From the NCBI GenBank assembly GCA_045539595.1, contig JAZQFQ010000084.1, forward strand, positions 26,316-90,315: a DNA stretch of 64,000 bases, in the 5' to 3' direction. Source of the stretch: Eubacteriales bacterium. GTDB taxonomy: Bacteria > Bacillota > Clostridia > Oscillospirales > CAG-272. The notes under the pieces are model-generated. The model had not been told where the DNA came from, ran no database searches, and saw nothing but the letters and a program-made list of their open reading frames with translations. Below are positions 8,101-16,274 of the stretch, one piece after another; the stretch's first letter is position 1, and every line of letters starts with the position of its first letter. A program made the translations under genes and the position numbers.

Positions 8101-11100
8101 GGCCGGTATCAAAGCCGAGGAACTCTCTTCCTATTACAGTAAAGGACACGCAGTGAGTCCGGAAAATCGGTATGATACCATCTTCGACTACGATCCGGCG
8201 GCCATCGGTTATACAACGGATGCATCCTTTGAGAAAGTTCTGGCCCGCTATACGGCGTATTATCTGGACTGTGCCATCTGCGGACTGACTCCCTACGATA
8301 CTCCCTATGACCGACAGGTGAGCGAGATGCAGAATGGTTCATTCACGGACATCCCCCTCCCTGACAATTTCGCGGAATTCTATCACGAAGCGGAGCGGGT
8401 GTATGCGTTGTTCACCGGGTATCGTGCGAATATCTATACAGAAGGCAAATTCTCCGATGATGGAGCGGATTATCAGGCCGTTGACATCGACGGATGCACC
8501 ACTATGGCAGGACTTCGTGCGCTGTGTGAAACGTATTTTGACGCGGCTCTCACCGACAAACTGCTTTCCACCACCGTGATGAATCAATATCCCCTTTATC
8601 GTGAACATAACGGCAAGCTGTACCGCTTTAGCGGATACGCTGCTCAATTCGGATATGATATCGGCGACAACTATACGATGACTTCTGTACAGGCTGAAAA
8701 CGGCAAGCATACGGTGCGCGTTGACGCTGTGTGGAACGAAGGGGGGCGCGTGATTCCCGGCAAGGCAATGTGCACATACACCGTGGATGAAAACGGAGAA
8801 ATCCGCTTCACCTCTTTTGACTTGATGGCACAGGCACTGTGTGAAGTGTGGGGGCAGGGAACATCGGATACACCCAATGTGGAACCATCTACTCTCTACG
8901 AGTACAAAAACAAAAATCCGGGCAGCAGCCTGGTGTACGAGGGCTATACCGTCCAGTATGAACTTCCACATCCCACCTATGAGGGACAGACCTTTGATTT
9001 CCACATCCATCTGCCCCAGATCAACGACGATTCCCGGTATGTAGACGAGTGGAATCTGAACCTGGTCTACGAATACAATACGGCATACGAGGAGTATATC
9101 CGCAACAGCGCCTTTGGTCTCAACCGCAATTTCTATGCGGAGATCCGGTACGAAACCGTGACCACGGGCGACGTGGTGACGATCTACATCCTCAATTCCT
9201 GCGGTGTCTTGAATTCGGGGGATGCCAGACGCTCCTACGATATCTATCACTACGATACCAAGGGAAAGCGATTTCTCACCACCAATGAGTTCCTGGCCTA
9301 CTACGCCAAAGGGCAGTTTGCCTCCTCCTCAGTGGCGGATATCGTTGCCTTTATGAATGAGCATGCCTTTAACACCGATGAGGCCGGCACACCCATTCCC
9401 CTGAAGGAAGAGAATATCCAGGGCGTGATCCCCTCCGTCTTCGGCGGCGGCAAGTTTGACGTAGTATATCAGGGATACAGTATGGAAGGGAAGTTCGCTA
9501 CCCGCACTCTGTTCTCTCCCTATCCCACCTACGGTAATCCCCACCGATACACCTACCGCCTGACCTATCACGATTATACGGATTGCCATACGGCGGAAAT
9601 GAACGGCCGGCCCGTCGGCTACCGTCTGTTGCTCAGTCAGCGTGTGGAAGGTCAATACGACGCGGGTTATTATGTGGATTGCCTGTTTACTGAGGATATT
9701 GCCGAACGGCCGGAGAGCTATCCCCAGTCTGTGTACGGTGAGTATTACACCCCTGTGCGTGAAGATGCATACGGCAATATGTATATAGTCACCGATCACG
9801 AAACCGACCGTGGTCAGCTGCAAGCCTGGATTCCCTTCGATCAGCCCAGCGCGGCCCAGGATTATTACCGGGGCGTCCTCCTGGGGTATTTCAACTATGA
9901 CCGACTCTTCGGCGGAAATTATACGGTGGAGAAATCCGTTGGAAGTATGATTGCCAGTGTACTGGATGCTTACCGAAACGGTAAAGACCCAAACGAACTT
10001 CTCCCCGCATCCGAGACGAAATTCACTCCCTATCCCGCGAAAACCGTTCGCGCCAATCCCGGGGATGAGGAGATCCGTGCGATTCTCGATGCCGCCACGG
10101 TGGACGAAGCGGGAATCATCCGCCTTCGTGTGGATCTGGGTGAGGGATATATTCTGGAACTCCCCATGGATCTCGGTATCTTCGGCGAAAGTTATCAGGC
10201 CTACTTTACGGGAATCTATTTCATAAAACAGCAGAAAGTCGCCACCCAGGGGCCCTTTGTGGGCTACGTGGCGGATAAGACTACCCCGTGGATCGATCTG
10301 TATACCGAGAAAAACGGCACCTATGTGGGACGGATCCCCTATGAGATCTTCCACGATTGGATAGCCACCGATCGGGACAAAGACACGTGGACTCCCGGTT
10401 GGATGGGCGAGTATGTCTGCTTCTACTATGCCGAATTCGGCGACTTCCGTTGGGCGGCAGCCCATCTGCGGGATACGGTTCTGGGAAGCGGACGCAAGAA
10501 CGTGGCTACCTCCGCTGACGGCGGGAAAACGTGGGATATCGGCAGTACCCGGGACAACTACGGCGGAAATCATGTGGTCGGTATGGGATTTGCCACCGAA
10601 AAGATCGCCTTTATCAGCTATGATCCCTACAACGAGAACGACGGCGCGGACGGACCTGTGATCTCCCGCACCACGGACGGCGGCAAAACGTGGAAGCTGC
10701 TGGATGTCACAGTGCCGGATTCTCTGGGGGGACAGAAACTGATTGCCGGCATCCCGTTCTATGACGGGGATCTGCTTCGCTATCCTGTGTGGTTGAATCC
10801 CTCTCACGGATTCAGGGAAGGCGAACCCATGTACCTGATCTCCCGGGATAAGGGAATGACGTGGGAGTGGGAGAAGAATTCGACTTCCGGCACAGCCTCC
10901 CTCAGCGGCGTTCTCAGTTGCATTTTGAGGGGCGAAGAGGCGTTTTACGACACTGCCGCGAAACGGCGGGTATTTCTTACAGACTGGCTACGAACCAACG
11001 AAATGTTTGTCAGCAAGTATTCCGTAATCGATCTAAACGGCGACGGCGCGTCTGAATTGGTGCTGTGGCTGAATCGCGGCACCAATGAATACGTCGGCTT

Positions 11101-12961
11101 CCTGGTTCTTTACGACGAAAATACCACCGTGTACACCCATCTTCTGTATTACCGCCAGTTCAGCAATCTGAAAGAAGACGGAACTTTCGGCTTCTCCGGC
11201 GGTGTATCCAACCACGGAATCGGACGAATTGATTTTGAGGGAGACAAGTACACGATCCGTAGCCTCGCCTATTGTGAATCCGCCGACAATCAGAACGTAT
11301 CCTATTTCGTGGATAATAAGGCTGTCACCAAGGCTGCATTTGAGGCGTACCAAAGTGCACAAAACAGCAAGCCCGATGCCATCTGGGTGGAGCATTCCAT
11401 TGAACCTGCCCCCGGTTATAAACAATACACACCCGCTATCGATGTCGATACCGACAAATTGGATTATATCAAGCCCATGGCCATGTATGGCGAAAGCCAG
11501 CCGGGTGCTAACTTTGACCGCACAGCCAATATCTATCCCGGCACGGGATTCGAGGGCTATGCCGACGGCGTGGGCTACATTACCTTTGGTATTTGCAACG
11601 ATCGAAAATCGCCCGATTACGTATCCCGCTACTATACCTACCGCGTCACTTCGGCGGGGGGATATATCCTCTCCGTGGAAGAAGCGGAGACCATCACCCG
11701 GGATATCGTTCTGAAAAAAGGAAAGCCCTATACGGGCAGCCTGGAAGGACAGCACACCTGCGTGGTGAATAATCGGTATTACGGCATCACCATCTCCGGC
11801 AATACGATCTCCGCATCGGTGGGACTGTATCAGACGGATGCTGGCGGCACCGGAAAGGGTACGTATACCTACGATCCCGCGACGGGCAAAATGACCATCA
11901 CGACCATAGAGAAGTACCACGACGGCAACGGCAATCTCTTAGTGAATCCCCCGAAAACCGTCACGGGCAAACTGTATGAGTATAATGACATGGTGCACTT
12001 CCTCTACGATGATGAGAAGGCCACACCGCTTCCTCTGAGTTTCCCCAAGATCAATGCCTTTCCGCCGGATCGCACGAATTTCATATCCGATGATCTTGCG
12101 GGCGGATGGTATCGTTCCTTTCGGGATGAGATGGGCGACCAGTTCTACTACCTTGCCCTGGACCCCGAAACACAGCAGATCCGCTTTGACCACGGATTCT
12201 ACGACGGCAGCTACGCCGCCCGCTATGTGGGTACCTACCGTGTGGATTACAACTATATCATTCATGCCACCCTGCGGGACAACAACGATCCGGACGGCGG
12301 CGAGATGCAGTTCGTGTTCATTTTGGAGTACTCCCACGGCCGGGATGAGACGGGCGTAATGCGTACCACGATCAGTATCACTCCCCAAAGCTGCGATATG
12401 GAAAACTATCGTCCCATGCTGGGCCGCTATTTCGGTTTCAAGCGGGAGAAGGCCACCGCAGAGGAACTGACGGAACTGGCAGAGCAGTACAATTTCGTGA
12501 TGAGCGCCTATGAGAAAGCGGCGGAGGCGGCAAGTTGGTTCCGTACCGCCAGCCTGGTGGAAGCCGGGGCGGCAGACGGAAAGGATTCCATCGAATACGA
12601 CGGCCGCCGGTATTATCGGGTAACCAAATTCGATACCTACGCGGATCTGCGGCAGTATCTGGAAGAGTGGTTTTCCGCATCCCTGGTGGATCAGCTGCTG
12701 AATGATCAGAGCGTGGCATCCTACATCTCTCACAACGGGAAACTGTATGCCACACCCGGTATGGTCCCGCAGAATATCCGCCTGGGTGAGCGGTATTACA
12801 GCGGCGGAAAAGTTAAGGACGATTGGTATTCGCTGGACGTCACGGTAGAAGTGCTGGACACAAAGGATCTCACTACCGTCCTGGCGTATCAGAGTTTTCA
12901 GTTTGACTACCAATACAAAAACGGCAAGTGGGTATTTATAGGTTTCCCCCACATCCAATAA
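5195..12961 (+). CDS. M56 (BlaR1/MecR1-like) membrane metalloprotease fused to a very large extracytoplasmic region (2,588 aa)
   Basis: GTG start lies 3 nt after the blaI-like stop, with GGAAGGAG upstream. N-terminal TM helices. HEYMHLRHGDH (HExxH at 5891-5905). TM at about 6184-6246. About 2,230 aa of uninterrupted ORF follow, with three Asp-box motifs. Confidence 0.85.
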   Translation: MAEYLVTLSLLIMILLVVRGLFRKSISPTVMYALWLVVVVRLCLPFSLFQVEVDLPAWQETIPQEQQGHQGAADPGIDPDAITPPTSGAPSMPDTPSVIIPTTPSLPSVPTVPAIPENPTVPGEDSLPDIPHIPDVPVTPEVPPAPPAPIDWMRVAVTVWIAGSAVLALWFAITGIVYHGRLITHRTLYKTLRKTKVYLTEDESAPCLAGVVPAIYIPPVEMDEDARAFIVLHEYMHLRHGDHVWALVRILALIVHWWNPLVWAAVILSKRDAELACDHAVAAQLNRENRLEYARILLDTIPQKHRYAVGLGSAPMKERILRLTKTQKNRILCVVLAVIITAAAVGCSFVHLTEKESPEEPPAFDFDLDTLCRHIADGDLSALDLFDASNEEFLQGQFNALHAYYSGTAEKAGGDWEAMPEGGVALPGELSFKNCEKFEYSTASQTPVVLRYDVGDYWLYAAFTLLDVGTTGDVSEILWHLSEAWFIPQSDAVEASVADLAEWKVYSYFQNVGYTEWKTLKFYNQVTGESDYFSAAAGIKITSLQYSGGKVFVECDSHGFLIFDLTDGLYECLSTNKDTYIAYKNEYGAYIPGSGRWLSDSRLQARGEKGIFTVTVLDGEYSLADASLSESEILEIWRYNVGNAQKNNNAPQYHVPYGKLLNDVGSHVLDLFVMKGQAYLEARQAYDEEAATVPWLVYMIRALDVSREEITSALQKDFVPYTDAIVDALFSEDDGRINETFHSPLALCHEGKVYTAYDLSLKITDVDSEEQKAFVRSIPKEDIIALIRAIQARDAMHGVVTPGEIVKLIYRLKDITLTAPGDEYAYGSYCYVHGMAYHSYPSALTDALDRDAFNAWQEEAQWHTRENGCPFPQSNIYEFIHHFNIPKSRFVELYNERTIDDDYPIDLLYGGTAEAVDAYYRTSDPEKELESIKWANLRELKMHINAYIRDELHIQMKTSHCSLAELMYVAGIKAEELSSYYSKGHAVSPENRYDTIFDYDPAAIGYTTDASFEKVLARYTAYYLDCAICGLTPYDTPYDRQVSEMQNGSFTDIPLPDNFAEFYHEAERVYALFTGYRANIYTEGKFSDDGADYQAVDIDGCTTMAGLRALCETYFDAALTDKLLSTTVMNQYPLYREHNGKLYRFSGYAAQFGYDIGDNYTMTSVQAENGKHTVRVDAVWNEGGRVIPGKAMCTYTVDENGEIRFTSFDLMAQALCEVWGQGTSDTPNVEPSTLYEYKNKNPGSSLVYEGYTVQYELPHPTYEGQTFDFHIHLPQINDDSRYVDEWNLNLVYEYNTAYEEYIRNSAFGLNRNFYAEIRYETVTTGDVVTIYILNSCGVLNSGDARRSYDIYHYDTKGKRFLTTNEFLAYYAKGQFASSSVADIVAFMNEHAFNTDEAGTPIPLKEENIQGVIPSVFGGGKFDVVYQGYSMEGKFATRTLFSPYPTYGNPHRYTYRLTYHDYTDCHTAEMNGRPVGYRLLLSQRVEGQYDAGYYVDCLFTEDIAERPESYPQSVYGEYYTPVREDAYGNMYIVTDHETDRGQLQAWIPFDQPSAAQDYYRGVLLGYFNYDRLFGGNYTVEKSVGSMIASVLDAYRNGKDPNELLPASETKFTPYPAKTVRANPGDEEIRAILDAATVDEAGIIRLRVDLGEGYILELPMDLGIFGESYQAYFTGIYFIKQQKVATQGPFVGYVADKTTPWIDLYTEKNGTYVGRIPYEIFHDWIATDRDKDTWTPGWMGEYVCFYYAEFGDFRWAAAHLRDTVLGSGRKNVATSADGGKTWDIGSTRDNYGGNHVVGMGFATEKIAFISYDPYNENDGADGPVISRTTDGGKTWKLLDVTVPDSLGGQKLIAGIPFYDGDLLRYPVWLNPSHGFREGEPMYLISRDKGMTWEWEKNSTSGTASLSGVLSCILRGEEAFYDTAAKRRVFLTDWLRTNEMFVSKYSVIDLNGDGASELVLWLNRGTNEYVGFLVLYDENTTVYTHLLYYRQFSNLKEDGTFGFSGGVSNHGIGRIDFEGDKYTIRSLAYCESADNQNVSYFVDNKAVTKAAFEAYQSAQNSKPDAIWVEHSIEPAPGYKQYTPAIDVDTDKLDYIKPMAMYGESQPGANFDRTANIYPGTGFEGYADGVGYITFGICNDRKSPDYVSRYYTYRVTSAGGYILSVEEAETITRDIVLKKGKPYTGSLEGQHTCVVNNRYYGITISGNTISASVGLYQTDAGGTGKGTYTYDPATGKMTITTIEKYHDGNGNLLVNPPKTVTGKLYEYNDMVHFLYDDEKATPLPLSFPKINAFPPDRTNFISDDLAGGWYRSFRDEMGDQFYYLALDPETQQIRFDHGFYDGSYAARYVGTYRVDYNYIIHATLRDNNDPDGGEMQFVFILEYSHGRDETGVMRTTISITPQSCDMENYRPMLGRYFGFKREKATAEELTELAEQYNFVMSAYEKAAEAASWFRTASLVEAGAADGKDSIEYDGRRYYRVTKFDTYADLRQYLEEWFSASLVDQLLNDQSVASYISHNGKLYATPGMVPQNIRLGERYYSGGKVKDDWYSLDVTVEVLDTKDLTTVLAYQSFQFDYQYKNGKWVFIGFPHIQ

Positions 12962-12989
12962 CAATCATGGACAGGAGCCAGGTAAGCAT

Positions 12990-13322
12990 ATGAGCGACAC
13001 AGAACGACAGAACACCTACGAAATCACCTGCCAGCGGTGCATCGCCGATTTGTATCGCGCCGCGTACCTGACTCTTGCCGATTCCGCTCTGGCGCAGGAT
13101 GTTGTCAAACAAACCTGCGTCGCCTGCGTGCACCGATACGGGAAGTCCGAGGATCCTATCGAGATCCGATACAATCTGGTGCAGGATCTTACCCGCCGCT
13201 GCCGGCGGAAACTGCAGTCGTACACCCCGTCCACCGACGCCTTGCCGGAGGCAGTGCGATCTCTTACGTCGGATGCGCGGCTGAAGTGGGTGGCACGAGT
13301 GATGTTTGGAATGGCAGTGTAA
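12990..13322 (+). CDS. Hypothetical 110-aa protein with weak resemblance to sigma-70 regions 2 and 4 (truncated)
   Basis: Lies 28 nt downstream of the giant ORF. DLYRAAYLTLADSALAQDVVKQT resembles an ECF region 2 helix. LPEAVRSLTSDARLKWVARVMFG resembles the start of region 4. The ORF stops before any HTH. Confidence 0.4.
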   Translation: MSDTERQNTYEITCQRCIADLYRAAYLTLADSALAQDVVKQTCVACVHRYGKSEDPIEIRYNLVQDLTRRCRRKLQSYTPSTDALPEAVRSLTSDARLKWVARVMFGMAV

Positions 13323-13534
13323 ATCGACAAGCATATGTGGGACGGATGGAAAATCACGCGAATGAGCCGATCTTTTGCGGCGGGTTCGGTGACCCTCCGT
13401 CCCTTGTGTCTTTCCGCTGCCTTCCACGTTCCGACCGATTTTTGGGTATATGATGGGTAGGCATGATTTTTCCTTTTGGCGGCATACGTTGAGTCGGCGG
13501 CAGGAAAAGGATCCCAAAAAACTCAAAAGAAGTA

Positions 13535-13563
13535 TTGACAAACAAAAAAAACAAGAGTATAAT
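13535..13563 (+). promoter_or_regulatory. Consensus sigma-A promoter upstream of feoA
   Basis: TTGACA (13535-13540), 17-nt spacer, TATAAT (13558-13563), with an A-rich UP-like tract upstream. Confidence 0.7.
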
Positions 13564-13570
13564 AATGGAG

Positions 13571-13586
13571 GTTAGCGGGGGCTAAC
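13571..13586. promoter_or_regulatory. Palindrome copy 1, GTTAGC-GGGG-GCTAAC (candidate operator at the feo transcription start)
   Basis: 16-bp dyad immediately downstream of the -10, preceded by GGAG and followed by TCC and T5. Confidence 0.5.
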
Positions 13587-13603
13587 TCCTTTTTGCGGAG
13601 TGA

Positions 13604-13619
13604 GTTAGCCCATGCTAAT
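13604..13619. promoter_or_regulatory. Palindrome copy 2, GTTAGC-CCAT-GCTAAT
   Basis: Same half-sites (one mismatch), 33 bp downstream of copy 1, in the feoA leader. Confidence 0.45.
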
Positions 13620-13661
13620 CGAATTACGGTTTGTGCGTTGCGCATAAATTGAGGATATACG

Positions 13662-13883
13662 GTGACTGGTATGACATTAAAAGACGCTATCGAGGGAAGG
13701 GAATACATCATTCAGCGGATTGAAACGGATGACGAAGAGCTGGATGCGTTTTTGTTTTCCCTGGGCTGCTACAGCGGTGAGCCCATTACTGTCGTGACGC
13801 GCCGGAAGAGCGGCTGTGTTGTTTCCATAAAGGACGGAAGATACAGTATAGATGCACAATTGGCTGAGGCCATTGTGATTTAA
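13662..13883 (+). CDS. feoA: FeoA family ferrous iron transport protein
   Basis: 73 aa; GREYIIQRIETDD...GEPITVVTRRKSGCVVSIKDGRYSID, an SH3-like FeoA pattern. GTG start with GAGGA 6 nt upstream; alternative ATG at 13671. Confidence 0.85.
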   Translation: MTGMTLKDAIEGREYIIQRIETDDEELDAFLFSLGCYSGEPITVVTRRKSGCVVSIKDGRYSIDAQLAEAIVI

Positions 13884-13922
13884 GCGGCAAAGAACAATCT
13901 GCGAATGGTCTTTTGCCCGGAG

Positions 13923-13938
13923 GTTAGCGGCCGCTAAC
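13923..13938. promoter_or_regulatory. Palindrome copy 3, GTTAGC-GGCC-GCTAAC (feoA-feoB intergenic)
   Basis: Perfect 16-bp palindrome. It shares the 12-mer GGAGGTTAGCGG with copy 1. Confidence 0.45.
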
Positions 13939-13995
13939 ATATAAGGACGCCCCATCCGAACGATGGAAAGTATAGTTAATATAAGGAGATATTCC

Positions 13996-16053
13996 ATGAG
14001 AATTGCTTTAGCAGGCAACCCGAACTCAGGTAAGACCACCATGTACAACGCTCTCACCGGCCGAAACGAGAAAGTCGGCAACTGGGCGGGCGTTACCGTA
14101 GACAAGAAGGAGCACGCCATTAAGAGAGCGTATGCCGGCAGCGATACGCTGCTTGCGGTTGACTTGCCCGGAGCGTATTCCATGTCCCCCTTCACCAGTG
14201 AAGAGAGCATTACCAGCTCCTATGTAAAAAACGAAAATCCCGACGTCATTATCAATATCGTCGACGGCACCAATCTCAGCCGCAGTTTGTTCTTCACGAC
14301 GCAGCTGTTGGAGTTGGGCGTGCCGGTGGTGGTTGCCCTGAACAAGAGCGATCTCAATGACAAAAAAGGAAACAAGATCGATGTGGATATCCTGGCCGCT
14401 AAGTTGGGTTGTCCGGTTGTCCATACCACGGCTACCTCCGCTGACGGTCTGAAGGCGGTGGTGCAAGCGGCGGTCGCCGCGGCAAATACCCCCCAGAGTG
14501 CTCCGTATCATCAGGGGGCGATCGATCTGACCGATAAGGCGGCTGTAGTGGCCGCGGACCGCAAGCGGTTTGCCTTTGTGAATGACATCGTGAAGGCTGT
14601 GGAAACCCGCAAGGTCCTCACTCGATCCAGAAATGCCGGCGATGCCATCGATGCTGTGCTGACCAACAAGTGGCTCGGTATTCCGATCTTTGCCGTTGTT
14701 ATGTTCCTCGTGTTCCAGATTTCCCAGGCTTGGCTTGGCGCGTGGATCGCAGAAGGCGTGGAGATCGGTGACACATTCATTCCCGGCCTTGTGCCGCTTC
14801 TGGAGATTTTCCAGGGGTGGGTAGGCGATCTTCTCTCGGATGCCAATCCGCTTCTTTCCGCCATCCTGGTGGACGGCGTGATCGGCGGCGTCGCTGCCGT
14901 TGTGGGATTCCTGCCTCTTGTGATGGTTATGTACTTCCTCATTGCGCTGCTGGAAGATTGCGGATACATGTCCCGCGTGGCGGTGGTTCTGGACCCCATT
15001 TTCAAGAAGGTCGGTTTGTCCGGTAAATCCGTGATCCCGTTCGTTATTACCATCGGCTGTGCTGTGCCCGGTGTTATGGCTTCCCGTACTATCCGCAGCG
15101 AGCGGGAACGCCGCGCCACTGCCATGCTGGCTCCCTTTATGCCTTGCGGTGCCAAGATTCCGGTTATTTCCTTGTTTGCCGGTGCATTTTTTGACAACGC
15201 CGGCTGGGTGAGCACCGTGATGTATCTGACAGGCATCGTGCTCATCTTCTTCGGGGCCCTTCTCGTAAATAAAATAACCGGTTATAATGCGAGAAAATCG
15301 TTTTTCATCATCGAACTTCCCGAATACAAAGTGCCGTCCTTTTGGGGGGCATTCAAGTCCATGTGCAGCCGGGGCTGGTCGTACATCGTAAAGGCCGCTA
15401 CCATCATTCTTCTGTGCAACATGGCCGTACAGCTCATGCAGACTTTCACCTGGTCCTTCCGGGTGGCGGAGTCGGCCGATCAGTCCATCCTTGCCTCCAT
15501 TGCCGCTCCCTTCGCGTATCTGCTTGTTCCGATCATCGGCGTTCTTTCCTGGCAGATGGCGGCGGCAGCGATTACCGGCTTCATCGCTAAAGAGAATGTG
15601 GTGGGTACGCTGGCCGTTTGCTTTGTGGGCTTGGAGAATCTGATCGACACGGAAGAACTTGTACTGATAGAGGGGGGCGGTGCAGAAGTGGCCGGCATCA
15701 TGGCTATCACGAAAATGGCCGCCCTCGCGTATCTTATGTTTAACCTGTATACGCCGCCGTGCTTTGCCGCCATCGGTGCTATGAACGCCGAGATGCGGTC
15801 CGGTAAGTGGCTGTGGGGCGGTATCGGTCTCCAGCTGGCTGTGGGCTATACCGTATCCTATCTGGTATACACCATCGGTACGCTTATCATGGCTCCCGCT
15901 TCGCTGCACATCGGCGCAGCCATCGCCGGCCTGGTCGCGGTCCTTGTTATGGCCGGTATCGTGGTGGTGCTGATCCATAACACCGATCGGAAACAGAAGG
16001 TGGAGTGTACACTGGATGCTTCCGGAAAGAAAAACTATGCTGTGAGCAAATAA
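13996..16053 (+). CDS. feoB: Ferrous iron transporter FeoB
   Basis: AAGGAG RBS. MRIALAGNPNSGKTTMYNALTG G-domain P-loop followed by a polytopic permease. Confidence 0.95.
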   Translation: MRIALAGNPNSGKTTMYNALTGRNEKVGNWAGVTVDKKEHAIKRAYAGSDTLLAVDLPGAYSMSPFTSEESITSSYVKNENPDVIINIVDGTNLSRSLFFTTQLLELGVPVVVALNKSDLNDKKGNKIDVDILAAKLGCPVVHTTATSADGLKAVVQAAVAAANTPQSAPYHQGAIDLTDKAAVVAADRKRFAFVNDIVKAVETRKVLTRSRNAGDAIDAVLTNKWLGIPIFAVVMFLVFQISQAWLGAWIAEGVEIGDTFIPGLVPLLEIFQGWVGDLLSDANPLLSAILVDGVIGGVAAVVGFLPLVMVMYFLIALLEDCGYMSRVAVVLDPIFKKVGLSGKSVIPFVITIGCAVPGVMASRTIRSERERRATAMLAPFMPCGAKIPVISLFAGAFFDNAGWVSTVMYLTGIVLIFFGALLVNKITGYNARKSFFIIELPEYKVPSFWGAFKSMCSRGWSYIVKAATIILLCNMAVQLMQTFTWSFRVAESADQSILASIAAPFAYLLVPIIGVLSWQMAAAAITGFIAKENVVGTLAVCFVGLENLIDTEELVLIEGGGAEVAGIMAITKMAALAYLMFNLYTPPCFAAIGAMNAEMRSGKWLWGGIGLQLAVGYTVSYLVYTIGTLIMAPASLHIGAAIAGLVAVLVMAGIVVVLIHNTDRKQKVECTLDASGKKNYAVSK

Positions 16054-16056
16054 ATT

Positions 16057-16227
16057 ATGGAAAACATTATCATCGTCCTTATTTTGCTGGCGATCGTCGG
16101 CGGGATCGTGTGGTATTTGTACCGCGCCAAAAAGCGCGGAGAAAAATGCATTGGCTGCCCGTATGCCAAGCAGTGCGGCGGCAAATGCGGCAGTGCCCAT
16201 CCGGACAGCCCGGAACAACACGATTGA
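16057..16227 (+). CDS. FeoB-associated Cys-rich small membrane protein (56 aa; below the ORF-track cutoff)
   Basis: ATG lies 3 nt after the feoB stop. One TM (IIIVLILLAIVGGIVWYLY) followed by CIGCPYAKQCGGKC. Confidence 0.65.
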   Translation: MENIIIVLILLAIVGGIVWYLYRAKKRGEKCIGCPYAKQCGGKCGSAHPDSPEQHD

Positions 16228-16234
16228 CAAATGC

Positions 16235-16274
16235 AGGGGATGCGAGTTTGACGCTCGCATCCTCTTTGTGTTTG
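16235..16274 (+). terminator. Rho-independent terminator of the feo operon
   Basis: AGGGGATGCGAG-TTTGACG-CTCGCATCCTCT followed by TTGTGTTT. Confidence 0.7.

Noticed and set aside
13567-13594. Palindrome copy 1 plus T5 read as a plain intrinsic terminator of the upstream blaI-like operon
   Set aside because: This reading is possible but not preferred. The hairpin sits 4 nt after a perfect -10 hexamer. The same GTTAGC-N4-GCTAAC dyad recurs twice more without a T-run. The upstream ORF ends about 250 nt earlier. It is kept as an alternative in the corresponding finding.
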